A DNA stretch of 64,000 nt. It comes from Salpingoeca rosetta (taxonomy: Eukaryota > Protista > Choanoflagellata). Below, piece by piece: positions 63,471 to 64,000 of this stretch. The notes beneath the pieces are model-generated. The model saw only the letters and a list, made by a program, of their open reading frames with translations, did not search any database and had not been told where the DNA came from. The DNA is taken from positions 70,153 to 134,152 of the forward strand of contig JAWQFM010000005.1 in NCBI GenBank assembly GCA_033442325.1, in the 5' to 3' direction. Both the position numbers and the translations under genes were made by a program. Position 1 is the stretch's first letter. Each line of letters starts with the position of its first letter.

Positions 63471-64000
63471 CTTAAACAACAACAGCGTTCTCATTCGGAA
63501 CCCGCCGCCTCCTTCGCTGCGCATCGTCGCCCGTCCTCGAACGAATATCGCATTGGGCGACTAAGAAGCATTGGCGTGCACTCGACTGCAACGACACTGC
63601 ACACAGGCAATGACAACAGCACCGTGGATGGGAGTGCTGATGTCTTTCATCCGCCAGAAATTGCAACAGCAGCTGCATCAGCAACAGCAGAAACAACAAC
63701 TTCAACACACACGGCACATGGTGCTCACGCAGCAGTTCCATGTACTGATGTACAGCGCCCTGTACCACTGCACCCGCCCATTCTACCGTCACCACCACCT
63801 TCATCATCATCATCATCAACAACAGCATCATCATCATCATCATCAAAATCATCCTCATCATCAACGACAGCATCAAAACCACCATCGTCACTGTTTCGGG
63901 CTGGCCAGGCGCCGCCAAGTCCCAAACGCGCGCATGTGTCGACGCCTTCAACAAGAACACGAGCGGCACCAGCAACAGCGCAAAGCGATTCTGTTCCACC
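59297..64000 (+). CDS. HRQ1: Hrq1/RecQ4-like (MrfA/YprA-type) DEAH-box DNA helicase, 5' part; gene continues beyond window end
   Basis: [80 protein letters not shown]. Confidence 0.92.
61362..61461. other. Assembly gap (100 N) within a helicase intron
   Basis: N run flanked by near-duplicate (TG)n...CCGTCCGT sequence. Confidence 0.98.

Overview
Eukaryotic, GC-rich, gene-dense and intron-rich DNA. Almost every intron carries (CA)n/(TG)n or triplet microsatellites. Style and gene content suggest a choanoflagellate such as Salpingoeca rosetta (inference). There are three assembly gaps (20680-20779, 53287-53539, 61362-61461). Spliced genes were rebuilt by hand from GT-AG boundaries. In order: PPIP5K/VIP1 inositol pyrophosphate kinase (-, runs off the left end); CREB3/OASIS-type membrane-tethered bZIP (+); an intronless Gln/Tyr-repeat protein with a possible divergent Maf-like bZIP (-); a C-terminal fragment of a six-hairpin-glycosidase-like protein (-); an MLK-type MAP3K with a C-terminal SH2-like domain (+); an opine dehydrogenase (+); an intronless PPR protein (-); BBS5 (-); a small His-rich CYSTM protein (+); the N-terminal half of a secreted LigB-like protein joined to a coiled-coil/EF-hand gene (+); a full-length ABCA transporter (-); a HAD hydrolase (+); a kinesin-3 with FHA and a winged-helix-like tail segment (-); and a Hrq1/RecQ4-like helicase (+, runs off the right end). 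The most unusual observations are a mitochondrial-carrier-like fragment replacing the PPIP5K catalytic DVNG motif, the SH3-less MLK with SH2 and two CRIB-like motifs, the poly-His CYSTM protein, the kinesin winged-helix segment, the LigB/coiled-coil chimera, and complementary TG/CA repeats in introns that lack polypyrimidine tracts. Most short ORFs in the supplied track are microsatellite artefacts. No rRNA, tRNA, CRISPR array or transposon was recognised. All family assignments come from motif recognition by eye; no database search was run.
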